A DNA stretch of 64,000 nt from an uncultured Bacteroidota bacterium (GTDB lineage Bacteria; Bacteroidota; Ignavibacteria; UBA10030; UBA6906), in the NCBI GenBank assembly GCA_963700635.1, contig CAVOYH010000003.1, forward strand, positions 1,792,001 through 1,856,000. The letters run 5' to 3'. Made by a program: the position numbers and the translations under genes. Each line of letters opens with the position of its first letter. Within the stretch, counting starts at the first letter, position 1. The notes beneath the pieces were generated by a model, which made no database searches, was not told where the DNA came from, and saw nothing but the letters and a program-made list of their open reading frames with translations. Positions 63,247 through 64,000 of this stretch are shown one piece after another.

Positions 63247-64000
63247 GCAAAACGGACCGGCAGGGTGCACCGTGTGGGCAGAGAGAGCCCTCGTTGCCGA
63301 GGTGCGGGATCTCCGGCTCACAACCCTTGTGCTCCGGTCCGGAACGGGTTCTGTTCTTGACGAACACGTGCCGCTGCCGCTGTACTGGCAGCAATATGCA
63401 GACCACCAGCATCCGGAGCGCAATGCGTCATCGGGTGGGAGGCTGACGATCACGACCGCTGCGGGAGATGCTGTGTCAGTTGTGTGCGAAGGCGCTTCGG
63501 CGAGCGGTGCGCTCGCCAGCCGGTTTAGTGTGAGTCTCTCCCTCTCTCCTGACGGTGCCATTCGTGCAATGGTCAGCGCGGAATGTGGCGTCCGGAAAGG
63601 GTCAACATGGTCTGTCACGCCGAATCCTCAGCATGGTGAATTGGAGTTCTGCAACTTCTGGCCGGCAGAGTCCTTCGTGCTCCAGCCGGACGTCACCCGA
63701 TACTATCCCGAGCTCCATGTCCGGCAGAAAGAACGGATCACGCGTATTGCCCATCACCACCTTGAAACCAGCGACAAACGGAATATCGTCCTCGAGCCCG
63801 GAGACGCCCTGGGGTGGATTCGGAAAGGCCGTGCGATTGTGTTGGAGGTACACTCGGGCGCACATGTGCACGCAGGGGTCTGCGCCTACATGTGGGATGT
63901 CCATCTTGGCATCAAGGTCTGTCGTGAAGGGATGGCTACTCAGCTCCCTGGCGGCTTTCAGGAGGCCGTCTCGTTCGGCATCAGGGAGATGACCGGTGTG
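63227..64000 (+). CDS. Hypothetical protein, 3' end beyond the window
   Basis: Not in the ORF track. The frame is open from ATG 63218/63227 to 64000: MTQLRVEQNG...LPLYWQQYADH...HGELEFCNFWP...HHHLETSDK...CAYMWDVHLG. Confidence 0.65.
   Translation, partial: MTQLRVEQNGPAGCTVWAERALVAEVRDLRLTTLVLRSGTGSVLDEHVPLPLYWQQYADHQHPERNASSGGRLTITTAAGDAVSVVCEGASASGALASRFSVSLSLSPDGAIRAMVSAECGVRKGSTWSVTPNPQHGELEFCNFWPAESFVLQPDVTRYYPELHVRQKERITRIAHHHLETSDKRNIVLEPGDALGWIRKGRAIVLEVHSGAHVHAGVCAYMWDVHLGIKVCREGMATQLPGGFQEAVSFGIREMTGV

Noticed and set aside
1-64000. Antibiotic or secondary-metabolite biosynthetic cluster (aminotransferases, PhyH, kinases)
   Set aside because: No glycosyltransferase, nucleotidyltransferase, cyclitol synthase, NRPS/PKS or exporter is seen. 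Importers and hydrolases dominate, which indicates catabolism.

Overview
This GC-rich bacterial window is almost fully coding and reads as one very large carbohydrate-uptake and catabolism locus of about 45 genes, open at both ends. Back-to-back sigma70-type promoters at 3338-3427 drive two arms. The leftward arm encodes a Tat-exported GH78 rhamnosidase-like enzyme and a TIM-barrel isomerase. The rightward arm opens with a TonB-dependent receptor, a large protein with a type IX secretion (T9SS)-like C-terminal domain and a PorV/PorQ-family barrel, with no SusD-like lipoprotein. About 40 co-oriented, often translationally coupled genes follow: six-hairpin and heparinase II/III-like proteins, GH38 and GH37-like hydrolases, three BNR propellers, two paralogous families of unknown function, two sodium:solute symporters, a sugar ABC transporter, an IclR regulator, and unusual accessory enzymes (MetE-like, UroD-like, LarA, PhyH, class III and V PLP enzymes, M20, FAH, aldolase, four kinases). 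A candidate operator is shared by the receptor and IclR promoters. Six single-base insertions split five genes and are probably sequencing errors. The T9SS/PorV genes suggest an FCB-group host such as an Ignavibacteria-like organism (inference). I saw no rRNA, tRNA, CRISPR array or mobile element. All family calls come from reading motifs by eye; no database search was run.
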